A stretch of DNA of 64,000 nucleotides from a virus. A program made the position numbers and the translations under genes. This document shows, piece by piece, positions 47,201-56,791 of this stretch; position 1 is the first letter of the stretch; every line of letters starts with the position of its first letter. The stretch covers positions 1-64,000 of IMG/VR virus record IMGVR_UViG_3300021964_000039. One strand, 5' to 3'. The notes beneath the pieces were generated by a model. That model did no database searches and was not told the origin of the DNA. It worked only from the letters and a program-made list of their open reading frames with translations.

Positions 47201-47817
47201 TGGCAATTATGGTAAAAGACCCCTACCACGCAACATTTATACATATTGCAAAAACAGGAGGCAGTAGCGTTACTGTTTGGTTAAAAAGTAATTTTGATGT
47301 GTATACTACAAAAACTAAGATGGGCGCAGATGTATACCAAACTAAAAGAGTATTTGATACAGATAATATTGGTTGGACGTTTTGTACAGTAAGAAATCCT
47401 TGGAGGATTGCAGTTAGCTGGTATAGTTTTTTGTGCTTACAAAATCAAGGACGTATAAAGCATGTATTAGAATCAGATCAGGTGTTATCAAATAAGAAAA
47501 AATATAATTTAGATTATTTGTATGCTGAAAAAAGTAGATTAGAAAAAGGGTTTGAAAGATGGGTAACGTATGGACTAAGAACACCTTTGTGGAAAAAAGC
47601 TGAACAGTGTGATTATGTTATGAAATTAGAAACCATACATAGAGATTTCAAAGAAGTACAAAAAAGATTAGGATGCTATACAGTGTTACCTCATCTTATG
47701 AGAAGTGATATTAACCGTGCAAGTTGGCAGTCATACTATACAAATAAAGAAACTATAGATATTGTAGCAAATCATTACAAAAAAGATATTGAACTGTATG
47801 GGTACGACTTCAGCTAA
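47200..47817 (+). CDS. Sulfotransferase (family 2)
   Basis: FIHIAKTGGSS (5'-PSB), VRNPW..AVSWY (3'-PB), Y..DIE..GY.F. Confidence 0.8.
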   Translation: MAIMVKDPYHATFIHIAKTGGSSVTVWLKSNFDVYTTKTKMGADVYQTKRVFDTDNIGWTFCTVRNPWRIAVSWYSFLCLQNQGRIKHVLESDQVLSNKKKYNLDYLYAEKSRLEKGFERWVTYGLRTPLWKKAEQCDYVMKLETIHRDFKEVQKRLGCYTVLPHLMRSDINRASWQSYYTNKETIDIVANHYKKDIELYGYDFS

Positions 47818-47841
47818 ATAGTAGTATATTATGGAAGTGTC

Positions 47842-48336
47842 ATGACTAAAAAATTAGAAGAATTATTAAATTTACCTGATAGTAAAGAAATAATAGACGA
47901 AGCAAAAACAAAAGAAACAAAAACCGAAATTGTTGAATCAGAACAAACAATTAGAGACATTGCCGAGTTTGATAAAATTGCTGGAGCTTTACCTAGTGTA
48001 AAAGGTTTAGGCGAAAAAGCAGACGTAGAGTTAGATGATATTGCACAACGGGCTTTAAGCAGTTATGAAGATTTAATGGATCTAGGAATGAATGTTGAAA
48101 GCAGATACAGTGGCAGGGTATTTGAAGTTGCAGGTAGTATGTTAAAAACTAGTTTAGATGCAAAAGTTGCTAAACTAGATAAAAAACTGAAAATGATAGA
48201 CCTACAACTTAAAAAAGAAAAATTAGATAAAGACAGCTCATCAAGCGACGGTGACCTTGTTAACGGGGAAGGCTATGTTGTTACAGATAGAAACAGCCTA
48301 CTTGAACGGTTAAAAGGCATGCAGAATGATAAATAG
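47842..48336 (+). CDS. Putative terminase small subunit
   Basis: Helical protein with R.FEVA..ML motif reminiscent of gp16; lies upstream of the large terminase. Confidence 0.45.
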   Translation: MTKKLEELLNLPDSKEIIDEAKTKETKTEIVESEQTIRDIAEFDKIAGALPSVKGLGEKADVELDDIAQRALSSYEDLMDLGMNVESRYSGRVFEVAGSMLKTSLDAKVAKLDKKLKMIDLQLKKEKLDKDSSSSDGDLVNGEGYVVTDRNSLLERLKGMQNDK

Positions 48337-48357
48337 TTTATAAGATAGGATGTTACA

Positions 48358-48915
48358 ATGAAAACATTTAAAGATTTTTTGACAGAAGGCAAAAAGACCT
48401 ATAGTTTCAAAATTGGTATTGCGGGTCAGTTGCCTGAAAACATAGAAGATACTTTAGAAACTTGCTTGGAAAAATACAATATAGTAAATTTTTCTAAGTC
48501 AAAGACAACTCCTATACAAGAAAGACCACTAGATTTTCCGCAGTTACAAAATATGGAAGTAACTTATTTTGAAACTGAAGTAAATTATCCTACTACTGTA
48601 CAGGTAATGCAAGAGTATTTGGCAAGAGGTTGTGATATTGATCAAGGACACATTATTGTTCGTAGTCCTGATGAACCACAAGAGCTTTATCAAGCACCTA
48701 AATCAGAAGAACCTTATGAAGCAATGCTTACAAAAGAAGATATGGGCGGTGAGAGCGCACAAGATAGTGTAGCCGGAAATCGTGTTATGGACCTGCTTAA
48801 AGAGCTAGAAGTAGCTAGAAAAGAAAGAGGACATGACGGTGCTGAAGGTGCTCCAACTGGTGAATCAAGTGATATTACACTAGAAACAAACGACAAAAGC
48901 CCGATAGGAAGTTAA
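48358..48915 (+). CDS. Putative prohead core/internal head protein
   Basis: N-terminal MKTFKDFLTE resembles the T4 capsid-targeting sequence. Late promoter upstream. Confidence 0.45.
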   Translation: MKTFKDFLTEGKKTYSFKIGIAGQLPENIEDTLETCLEKYNIVNFSKSKTTPIQERPLDFPQLQNMEVTYFETEVNYPTTVQVMQEYLARGCDIDQGHIIVRSPDEPQELYQAPKSEEPYEAMLTKEDMGGESAQDSVAGNRVMDLLKELEVARKERGHDGAEGAPTGESSDITLETNDKSPIGS

Positions 48916-48917
48916 TT

Positions 48918-49685
48918 ATGGAATTAAAAAATTTACTACAACAAATGAAAGACATTGAAACTGCAGAGGCATTAAAAGAGAATCCTATGCCATCAGGAAT
49001 GCCTCCAATGGGTGCTCCACAAATGGACCAAGGATCTCCAGTTTCAATGAATGTAAGTCTTAATGCTAGTGGAAAAGATCACGTTGAAGATTTAATAGAT
49101 ATGATGAAAAACGCTGGCTTAGGTAGTGCAAAAGAAGTAGATCAAGATATGATGCCTGTAAGACAAGATATGGAAAGACTACAAAAAGTTTTTTCTAAAG
49201 GTGATGATAAAGATGGTAAACTTGATTTAGATATAGATGGTGATAATCAGCCTGATTTAGATACCGAAGGTTATGACAACGAACCTGAAGATGAATATCA
49301 AGATACAGAATATATGACTAAAGATTTGTCAGGTGGCCTAAATAGAGAAAAAGATAAACATGCATTGAGAGCAAAAGATCCAGCAATTCATGTAGAAGAT
49401 ATTAAAGCAATTCTTCAATCAGCATTATCTGAAAAAATGAAGAGCAAAAAAAGCAAAAAACCAAATGATGGTAATCTCGCAAACAATGCTAAGCCATATG
49501 ATAAAGTAACAAGAGCAGACGTTATTGCAGGAGCTACTGGCAATGACGAAATGGGCGGCAAGAAAAAGAAAAGTGAAGACATTGCTATTGAAGGCCGTGG
49601 CAAGAAAAATAAAAAGAAGATGGAAGATATAAAAACTGTCGAAGGCAGAGGACGCGGCAGAGGACGCGGCAAAGGAAAAAAATAA
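48918..49685 (+). CDS. Low-complexity acidic protein with basic RG-repeat tail (putative internal head/DNA-binding protein)
   Basis: Acidic core; C-terminus ...EGRGKKNKKK...EGRGRGRGRGKGKK. Confidence 0.45.
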   Translation: MELKNLLQQMKDIETAEALKENPMPSGMPPMGAPQMDQGSPVSMNVSLNASGKDHVEDLIDMMKNAGLGSAKEVDQDMMPVRQDMERLQKVFSKGDDKDGKLDLDIDGDNQPDLDTEGYDNEPEDEYQDTEYMTKDLSGGLNREKDKHALRAKDPAIHVEDIKAILQSALSEKMKSKKSKKPNDGNLANNAKPYDKVTRADVIAGATGNDEMGGKKKKSEDIAIEGRGKKNKKKMEDIKTVEGRGRGRGRGKGKK

Positions 49686-49688
49686 ATC

Positions 49689-49715
49689 AATAGCGCCGGA
49701 AGGCGCTATTTTTTT
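49689..49715 (+). terminator. Intrinsic terminator
   Basis: AATAGCGCC-GGAA-GGCGCTATT followed by a T run. Confidence 0.85.
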
Positions 49716-49718
49716 GGT

Positions 49719-49724
49719 TAAATA
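49719..49724 (+). promoter_or_regulatory. Late promoter TAAATA, 5 nt before the terminase ATG
   Basis: TAAATA-CTTTC-ATG right after the terminator. Confidence 0.65.
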
Positions 49725-49729
49725 CTTTC

Positions 49730-51310
49730 ATGAGTAAATCACTTGACGGCGTATTAACTAAAAAAGCCAATCAAAAAGAAACATATTCTGAAGAGCAAAT
49801 TGCAGACATAATGGCGTGTATGGATCCTGCTGATGGATATCTATACTTTGCACGTAAGTTTGCATTTATACAGCATCCGGTAAAGGGCAAATTACTTTTT
49901 GATCCTTTTGAGTACCAAGTAAGGTTATTACACAGTTATCATAATCATCGATTTAACATCAATATGTTGCCAAGGCAGACAGGTAAAACTACCTGTGCGG
50001 CAATATATCTTATATGGTATGCAATGTTTCATCCTGACCAAACAATATTAATTGCAGCTCACAAATACACAGGCTCACAAGAAATCATGCAACGCATACG
50101 ATATGTTTATGAAACCTGTCCTGACCATATTCGTGCAGGTGTTACAAATTATAATAAGGGTAGTATTGAATTTGAAAATGGATCACGTATAGTAAGTGCA
50201 ACTACAACGGGCAACACAGGACGTGGTATGTCCATATCATTACTATACTGTGACGAGTTTGCATTTGTACAACCTAATATTGCAGACGAATTTTGGACTT
50301 CAATATCTCCTACACTTGCAACAGGTGGTCGTGCTATTATTACAAGTACTCCTAACTCAGACGAAGATACATTTGCCAATATTTGGAAACAAGCAGAACA
50401 AAAATTTGATGAACATGGCAACGAAAGTGATACAGGTGTAAACGGATTCTTTTCATTTACTTGTCATTGGAATGAACACCCTGACAGAGATGAAGAATGG
50501 AAATCGGCTGAAATTGGGCGTATTGGTGAAGAAAGATTTAGACGAGAATATGGATGCGAGTTTCTAGTATTTGATGAAACATTAATCAATAGCATACATC
50601 TTGTTACTATGGAGGGAATAAGTCCTATATTAAACATGGGCCAAACAAGATGGTATAAAAAACCTACTAGCCAATACACATATGCAGTAGCTCTTGATCC
50701 TAGTATGGGCACCGGAGGCGATTTTGCAGCAATACAAGTTTTTGAATTACCTACATATAAACAAGTAGCTGAGTGGCAACACAACCAAACTGCTATACCC
50801 GGGCAAATACGTGTACTGGCAGATATTTGCAATTACATAAAACAAGAATGTAAAACAGATACAAATATATACTGGAGTGTAGAAAACAATGGAATTGGTG
50901 AAGCGGCACTAATTGTAATAAATGATTTCGGAGAAGAGAATATATCCGGGATGTTTGTAAGTGAACCTATACGCAAAGGACATGTTCGCAAATTCCGTAA
51001 AGGATTTAACACTACGCACAGTACCAAAATTACTGCATGTAGTAGATTAAAAACTATGATAGAAAATGATAAGATGTCTGTGTGTAGTAAACCTTTAATA
51101 TCTGAATTAAAAAATTATGTTGCCACAGGAAGTAGTTATCAAGCAAAAGTAGGTCATAACGATGATTTAATAAGTGCAACATTGTTAGCATTAAGAATGA
51201 TGGCAGTAATGAAAGATTGGGATCCGCGAGTGTATAATACATTTACGCAGGCAGAGTCAGATGAGGATTATGACCCGCCAATGCCTATATTCATTACTAA
51301 CAGTTATTGA
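49730..51310 (+). CDS. gp17: Terminase large subunit
   Basis: PRQTGKT (Walker A), LLYCDEFAF (Walker B), ITSTPN, F.REY.CEF, ALDPSMG.GGD, VENN, HNDDL. Confidence 0.95.
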   Translation: MSKSLDGVLTKKANQKETYSEEQIADIMACMDPADGYLYFARKFAFIQHPVKGKLLFDPFEYQVRLLHSYHNHRFNINMLPRQTGKTTCAAIYLIWYAMFHPDQTILIAAHKYTGSQEIMQRIRYVYETCPDHIRAGVTNYNKGSIEFENGSRIVSATTTGNTGRGMSISLLYCDEFAFVQPNIADEFWTSISPTLATGGRAIITSTPNSDEDTFANIWKQAEQKFDEHGNESDTGVNGFFSFTCHWNEHPDRDEEWKSAEIGRIGEERFRREYGCEFLVFDETLINSIHLVTMEGISPILNMGQTRWYKKPTSQYTYAVALDPSMGTGGDFAAIQVFELPTYKQVAEWQHNQTAIPGQIRVLADICNYIKQECKTDTNIYWSVENNGIGEAALIVINDFGEENISGMFVSEPIRKGHVRKFRKGFNTTHSTKITACSRLKTMIENDKMSVCSKPLISELKNYVATGSSYQAKVGHNDDLISATLLALRMMAVMKDWDPRVYNTFTQAESDEDYDPPMPIFITNSY

Positions 51311-51316
51311 TAAATA
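51311..51316 (+). promoter_or_regulatory. Late promoter TAAATA, 5 nt before the ATG
   Basis: TAAATA-GTAAT-ATG. Confidence 0.6.
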
Positions 51317-51321
51317 GTAAT

Positions 51322-53769
51322 ATGAATATTGATATAGTTGCACAAGATTTATTTGATAAGATAAGAGGAACATTTCCTAATATTACAATAGGAGATGAAA
51401 TGGGTTCGGTTGTAAACGAACCTGCAAAAGCAAGATTTTTTGAATTTTCATATAATCCTGTTACAGATGATAAAGTAAGCATAAGTTTATCAGGTAAAGA
51501 CGGAGTTAGTGTAATGTATTCAAAAAACATTGTTGCAAGTGATATTCAAGAAGACAAGGACAAATGGTATAACTTTCTCAGAGAGCTTAGACAATTTGCA
51601 AGAAAAAGACTTTTGAATTTTGACACGAGAGATATAACAAAAAGTAATTTAAACAAAAGAGATTATCAATATTTGGCAAAAGCATCTGGAGAGGATACAA
51701 TGACTGAATCTAAATTATACGGCACAAGCAGACTTAGTTATCAAGACGTTGATGGCGCAAGGCTTGTGATAAAGCATAACAAACCTGTAAACCAAGACTT
51801 AGCAGCAGGCAGAACGCAAAATATTAGTAGCATATACATAGAAAGTTCTGAAGGAGAACGGTTTAAGTATCCGTATAAACATTTAACAGGTGCAAGAGCA
51901 ATGGCACGCCACGTTGCAGAAGGCGGAAATGCATATGATGACTTTGGTAAACACATTGTAGGATTATCAGAAGAACTATCAAAATTGCGTAAATTTAAAA
52001 ATTATATGTCCAGGTCATCTGTCATGGCAGAAGGATTAGCTGATTATTTGCCAACAGTAAATGAAAGAATACAGTCAGTCAAAAAGACAATAGAAAATCT
52101 ACAGAAAAAGTCATACTATGATACATTTAAAGAAACATACCAAGCTCCAGTATTAGAAGACGTTCCCCTAGAAGTTGCAGAAAACTGGATCGATCAACTT
52201 ACTATCCGCCAGTTTAATGAGGAACTAAAAGATATATTCCCTTATATATACAATCTTGTTAGCGAAGCTTCACTAGCAGAAGAAATTGGCCCAGAAGAAC
52301 TATTAGGCGAAGAAAGAGACGATGAAAAAATTGCTAAAGAATTAATGCAAAAAGGCTATGACAGCGACAACAGTGATGAAGAACTTCAAAATGCAATGAT
52401 TGAGCTAGGCTACGGAAAATATATGACTCGTGACCGTGATCTTATTGGTGATGTGTTAGATAGACTACACGATATGACTCATGGAGAAGATGACGGCCAG
52501 CCTAGTTCATATGACGAGTATCAAGATTTGTATGGTGGTGACGAAGACTTTGGCGGCTACGACGAAGCAATCGAATCTAGCATAGAAAGGTTAATGGGCC
52601 AGTTTGGCGAAGCTGATAAAACAGATGTATTGTTCCAAATTGAAGACGAGGATGGCGACAAGTACGAAGTTGTAAAATACATGGGCAAGGTTGTTGCATT
52701 TGATGCAAATCCAGAAGAACTGTCAGGTGGCGGAATGGGTCCATATGAGTATGATCCAAAGACTGGTACTATCGAAACTGAAAACGGTCCTAAGAAAACA
52801 AGAAAAATTGACGACCAAACATTTGGCGAAGCAGGTGATGAAGGCGGAATGAAACAAGCCCAAATAGAAGTACAAGATTGGTTTGAAAAATTCAACGAAT
52901 ACAAAGGAACAAATGGCGATGATCTAGCACAAGGATGGATACGTGCTACATTAGATACAGGCATTATGGCAGATGCTTATGACGAAAACGAAGTTGAAGC
53001 ATTTAACAAAATGAAAGGTTATCCAACAGACGAGATTGATACAAGTTGGCAAAAAGATGACTTTGCAGACTTTACTTCAAATAAATCAGGTGCTAGTCCA
53101 ATAACAGCCGCAATGTTTTCTACAATTAATGCTATAATGGACAAATACGGTATAGATGAAGAAGATGTCGATGATATGTCAAAAGCGGATGATCCATCAT
53201 ATGGCAAACCTGGTATGCGTGATGAAAGCGACGACACAGATTCTAAAGAACAAAAGACACCATTAGGCGAATTCATACTATCATATTACGATAGGCAATC
53301 AGGCGAATTTCCAAAAGGCGAAACTGCCGTATTAACCATGATAGAAAAAGATTACGGTGAAGAGTTCATAGAACCCGCAAAGGCGTTCATAGAATCAATA
53401 TACCAAGTAGTTGAAAAAGTTAACAATAGTTCAGTAGAACCAATGGATGCTACTGATATGCAAGAAGAAGAAGGCAGAGAACTAAACGATGCTGACAAAA
53501 AAGTCATGCAAAAACTAACCAGCATGGTTAAACAAAAGCAAAAAGAAATGCAAGACGCAAGAAAAGGCGGATATGACGAAGACGCAAGAATGATTGCGAG
53601 TCAACTAGAAGACTTCTACAGTATTGCTGAACTAATCAAAGGCAATAGACCAATGGGCTTAGACAATTCAGTAATGGATCTAGTACATGATATGTACGAC
53701 GAAGTTGGTGCAAAGTTTGATGAAGGCAACGAAGAACTAGATAGAATTAGAGGATTAGCCGGACTTTAA
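51322..53769 (+). CDS. Large acidic hypothetical protein (probable head/core-associated)
   Basis: ATG 5 nt after TAAATA (track start 51307 is TTG). N-terminal GERFKYP...GARAMARH domain, acidic middle, C-terminal RIRGLAGL. Confidence 0.6.
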   Translation: MNIDIVAQDLFDKIRGTFPNITIGDEMGSVVNEPAKARFFEFSYNPVTDDKVSISLSGKDGVSVMYSKNIVASDIQEDKDKWYNFLRELRQFARKRLLNFDTRDITKSNLNKRDYQYLAKASGEDTMTESKLYGTSRLSYQDVDGARLVIKHNKPVNQDLAAGRTQNISSIYIESSEGERFKYPYKHLTGARAMARHVAEGGNAYDDFGKHIVGLSEELSKLRKFKNYMSRSSVMAEGLADYLPTVNERIQSVKKTIENLQKKSYYDTFKETYQAPVLEDVPLEVAENWIDQLTIRQFNEELKDIFPYIYNLVSEASLAEEIGPEELLGEERDDEKIAKELMQKGYDSDNSDEELQNAMIELGYGKYMTRDRDLIGDVLDRLHDMTHGEDDGQPSSYDEYQDLYGGDEDFGGYDEAIESSIERLMGQFGEADKTDVLFQIEDEDGDKYEVVKYMGKVVAFDANPEELSGGGMGPYEYDPKTGTIETENGPKKTRKIDDQTFGEAGDEGGMKQAQIEVQDWFEKFNEYKGTNGDDLAQGWIRATLDTGIMADAYDENEVEAFNKMKGYPTDEIDTSWQKDDFADFTSNKSGASPITAAMFSTINAIMDKYGIDEEDVDDMSKADDPSYGKPGMRDESDDTDSKEQKTPLGEFILSYYDRQSGEFPKGETAVLTMIEKDYGEEFIEPAKAFIESIYQVVEKVNNSSVEPMDATDMQEEEGRELNDADKKVMQKLTSMVKQKQKEMQDARKGGYDEDARMIASQLEDFYSIAELIKGNRPMGLDNSVMDLVHDMYDEVGAKFDEGNEELDRIRGLAGL

Positions 53770-53788
53770 TAGTTTGGCTAATCTTTTT
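53753..53788 (+). terminator. Intrinsic terminator
   Basis: GATTAGCC...GGCTAATC followed by TTTTT. Confidence 0.55.
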
Positions 53789-53818
53789 CAAAAAAATCAA
53801 TAATTTAGCAGAAAGTGG

Positions 53819-53847
53819 TTGACTTATGCTAAATAATATCGTATAGT
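53819..53847 (+). promoter_or_regulatory. sigma70-type promoter TTGACT-17-TATAGT with a nested late TAAATA, upstream of gp32
   Basis: -35 at 53819-53824, -10 at 53842-53847, TAAATA at 53830-53835. Confidence 0.7.
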
Positions 53848-53910
53848 ACATAATGTGCTATACAAATTTAGGCACAGTCATAAAGGCAAAACATTAAGGA
53901 GGCATATATT

Positions 53911-54918
53911 ATGGCATCACTAGCAGAAATTAGAGCAAAGCTCAAAGAACAAGAATCGAGAACAGGTGGCAATTCAAATACCCCTGGCGATAACGCAATT
54001 TACCCATTTTGGAATATGAAAGAAGGCGAGAGTTCAACTCTACGTTTCCTTCCTGATGGTAACTCCGATAATACTTTCTTTTGGACAGAACGTTTAATGA
54101 TTAAACTTCCGTTCGCTGGTATTAAGGGCGAAACTGATTCACGTCCTGTACAAGTACAAATTCCATGTATGGAAATGTACGGCGAGACATGTAATATTCT
54201 TAACGAAGTGCGTGGCTGGTTCAAAGATCCGAGTCTAGAAGACATGGGTCGTAAGTACTGGAAAAAGCGTTCTTATATTTTCCAAGGCTTTGTAACAGAC
54301 AACCCATTAGCCGATGATAGTACTCCGGAAAATCCAATCCGTAGATTTATTATTGGTCCACAAATCTTCCAGATCATTAAGCAGGCACTTATGGATCCAG
54401 ATATGGAAGAACTACCAACAGATTACACTGCTGGTGTTGACTTCCGTCTTAACAAAACAAGTAAAGGCGGTTATGCAGACTATTCAACATCTAACTGGGC
54501 ACGTAGAGAACGTCCACTAGGTGATGCAGAGATGGCTGCTGTAAACCAAAATGGTTTATTTAATTTAAGTGATTTCCTACCTAAAAAGCCAGGTGAAGTA
54601 GAAGTTAAAGTAATGCAGGAAATGTTTGAAGCGTCAGTAGATGGTGAAGCATATGATCCAGATCGTTGGAGTCAATATTTCCGCCCAGCAGGGATGCAAG
54701 CACGTACAGGTGATCCAAATGTTTCATCGACAAACGGTACTGCTACTTCTAGATCCGAACCTGTAGCACAACCAACGCCAACGCCGGCACCTGCTCCAGT
54801 AGTAGAACCTGCACCTGCTCCAGAGGCAACTCCGGCAGCAACGACTGAAGCTGCACCTACAGAAGGTGGTAATGCTCAAGACATTCTAGCAATGATTAGA
54901 AGTCGTCAAGGACAATAA
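53911..54918 (+). CDS. gp32: Single-stranded DNA-binding protein, T4 gp32-like
   Basis: LRFLPD, YWKKRSY, G.DF.L.K...GGYADY..S.W, Pro/Ala-rich tail; upstream of uvsX; SD AAGGAGG. Confidence 0.85.
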   Translation: MASLAEIRAKLKEQESRTGGNSNTPGDNAIYPFWNMKEGESSTLRFLPDGNSDNTFFWTERLMIKLPFAGIKGETDSRPVQVQIPCMEMYGETCNILNEVRGWFKDPSLEDMGRKYWKKRSYIFQGFVTDNPLADDSTPENPIRRFIIGPQIFQIIKQALMDPDMEELPTDYTAGVDFRLNKTSKGGYADYSTSNWARRERPLGDAEMAAVNQNGLFNLSDFLPKKPGEVEVKVMQEMFEASVDGEAYDPDRWSQYFRPAGMQARTGDPNVSSTNGTATSRSEPVAQPTPTPAPAPVVEPAPAPEATPAATTEAAPTEGGNAQDILAMIRSRQGQ

Positions 54919-54930
54919 TAATATATTATG

Positions 54931-54999
54931 ACAGCTATTAACGAAACCGAAGTAGAGATTCACGGTTTACCTGTCAAAACTTCAAAAGTTAATAGCTGT
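54931..54999 (+). other. Structured intergenic RNA element between gp32 and uvsX
   Basis: Perfect 12-bp inverted repeat ACAGCTATTAAC/GTTAATAGCTGT enclosing the inner stem AAACCG/CGGTTT. Confidence 0.55.
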
Positions 55000-55024
55000 T
55001 TGCTTTTTGGTTTAGGAGAAATAA

Positions 55025-56110
55025 ATGGCAACGAAGGCTTTTGATCCGACAAAGTTTCGGACACAATTAACAAAATCCATTACAGGCATGAGTGCAGGAT
55101 TTAACGATCCTACTGATTGGATTTCAACTGGTAATTTTGCACTCAATTATCTTATCTCAGGAGACTTCAACAAAGGTGTTCCGATGGGTAAGGTAACAGT
55201 GTTTGCTGGTGAATCCGGCGCAGGTAAATCATATATCTGTGCAGGTAACATTGTGAAACACGCACAAGATCAAGGCATCTTTGTAGTACTAATTGACTCA
55301 GAGAATGCACTTGATGAATCGTGGCTACATGCATTAGATGTAGACACGTCAGAAGAAAAACTACTCAAACTAAACATGTCGATGATTGATGATGTTGCTA
55401 AAACTATTTCAACATTCATGACAGACTACAAAACAATGGCAGAAGAAGACCGTCCTAAGGTACTGTTTGTAATTGATAGTTTGGGTATGTTATTAACACC
55501 TACTGATGTTGATCAGTTTAACAAAGGTGATATGAAAGGTGATATGGGTCGTAAGCCTAAAGCACTAACATCGCTTGTACGTAACACAGTTAACATGATT
55601 GGCTCACATAATGTAGGCTTAGTATGTACTAACCACACTTATGCATCACAGGATATGTTTGATCCAGATGATAAGATTTCAGGCGGACAAGGCTTTATCT
55701 ATGCATCAAGTATCGTAGTTGCAATGAAGAAATTGAAACTAAAAGAAGATGAAGACGGTAATAAAGTCAGTCAAGTTATGGGTATCCGTGCAGGATGCAA
55801 AGTTATGAAAACACGTTATGCAAAACCGTTTGAAGGTGTGCAGGTAAAGATTCCATACGAAACAGGTATGAATCCTTACAGCGGACTATTTGAATTGTTT
55901 GAAGCAAAAGGTGTTGTAGAAAAACAAGGTAATAGATACAAATACACAACAATCGACGGCGAAGAAGTACTTGAATATCGTAAAAATTGGACAGGAAATC
56001 TACTTGACAAAGTTATGTTAGAATATGCAAATAAGGAGTCTTTGGTAAATACCTCTGATGATGCAGAAAATGACACATCTAATGTTGAGGAGCTAGTCGA
56101 TGCTGAATGA
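55025..56110 (+). CDS. uvsX: RecA-like recombinase UvsX
   Basis: ISTG..ALN, AGESGAGKS, IDSENA, VIDSLG, DMGR, NHTY, SGG.G..Y.SS. Confidence 0.93.
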   Translation: MATKAFDPTKFRTQLTKSITGMSAGFNDPTDWISTGNFALNYLISGDFNKGVPMGKVTVFAGESGAGKSYICAGNIVKHAQDQGIFVVLIDSENALDESWLHALDVDTSEEKLLKLNMSMIDDVAKTISTFMTDYKTMAEEDRPKVLFVIDSLGMLLTPTDVDQFNKGDMKGDMGRKPKALTSLVRNTVNMIGSHNVGLVCTNHTYASQDMFDPDDKISGGQGFIYASSIVVAMKKLKLKEDEDGNKVSQVMGIRAGCKVMKTRYAKPFEGVQVKIPYETGMNPYSGLFELFEAKGVVEKQGNRYKYTTIDGEEVLEYRKNWTGNLLDKVMLEYANKESLVNTSDDAENDTSNVEELVDAE

Positions 56111-56336
56111 AGATCAGATTGCCGATTTGTGGTTAGTATTTAAAGATTGTTTAGACAAAAAACAAGTTGAAGTAGCAGCAGAAAAGTTTATTGACTTTCT
56201 TGCAGATTATGGTGTATCAGATGAAACATTACGTGAAGTAATAGGAACTGATGCAGAACTTGAGGAAGCAATTACATACTACTTAGACGATGACGGTGTA
56301 GATGATGATGACGATTACAATGAATGGGATGACTAA
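56100..56336 (+). CDS. Small acidic hypothetical protein
   Basis: 78 aa, SD GAGGAG, between uvsX and uvsY. Confidence 0.6.
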   Translation: MLNEDQIADLWLVFKDCLDKKQVEVAAEKFIDFLADYGVSDETLREVIGTDAELEEAITYYLDDDGVDDDDDYNEWDD

Positions 56337-56791
56337 TGGGTTGGTACTCTGAAGTATCTAGAGACATAAGCAAAATACCCGATGCTATACATTTTTTCGA
56401 AGCAGAATTAGAAGAAGCGAAAAAAGAATGTAGATTAAGCGGTAATGTTGAACGTGCTTCTTCGTCTATGCCAGGAATTGTAGAACATAGATTTAATCAA
56501 CTTCAAGAAATTGAAGCAATATTAAATTATATGAATATAGAGCTACGCAGGTTGCGTAGCTCATTTTTCAAAAAATATCTCGAAAACTACCAACGAGCTC
56601 TGTCTAGTCGTGACGTAGAAAAATACGTTGACGGCGAGGCAGACGTTGTTGACTATGAAAAGATTATCAACGAATTTGCACTAATGCGTAACAAATGGTT
56701 AGGTGTTCTAAAAGCACTTGATCAAAAGCAATGGCAGATTACTAATATTGTAAAATTAAGGGTTGCAGGCATGGAGGATGCTTCGCTTTGA
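56336..56791 (+). CDS. uvsY: Recombination mediator UvsY-like
   Basis: Helical 151-aa protein, D..KY.DG..D...K.W.I.N..K.R..G pattern, downstream of uvsX. Confidence 0.7.
   Translation: MGWYSEVSRDISKIPDAIHFFEAELEEAKKECRLSGNVERASSSMPGIVEHRFNQLQEIEAILNYMNIELRRLRSSFFKKYLENYQRALSSRDVEKYVDGEADVVDYEKIINEFALMRNKWLGVLKALDQKQWQITNIVKLRVAGMEDASL

Noticed and set aside
54928-55044. 38-aa small protein as a bona fide CDS
   Set aside because: No SD and it coincides with a strong RNA stem; kept only as a possible uORF within the RNA-structure finding
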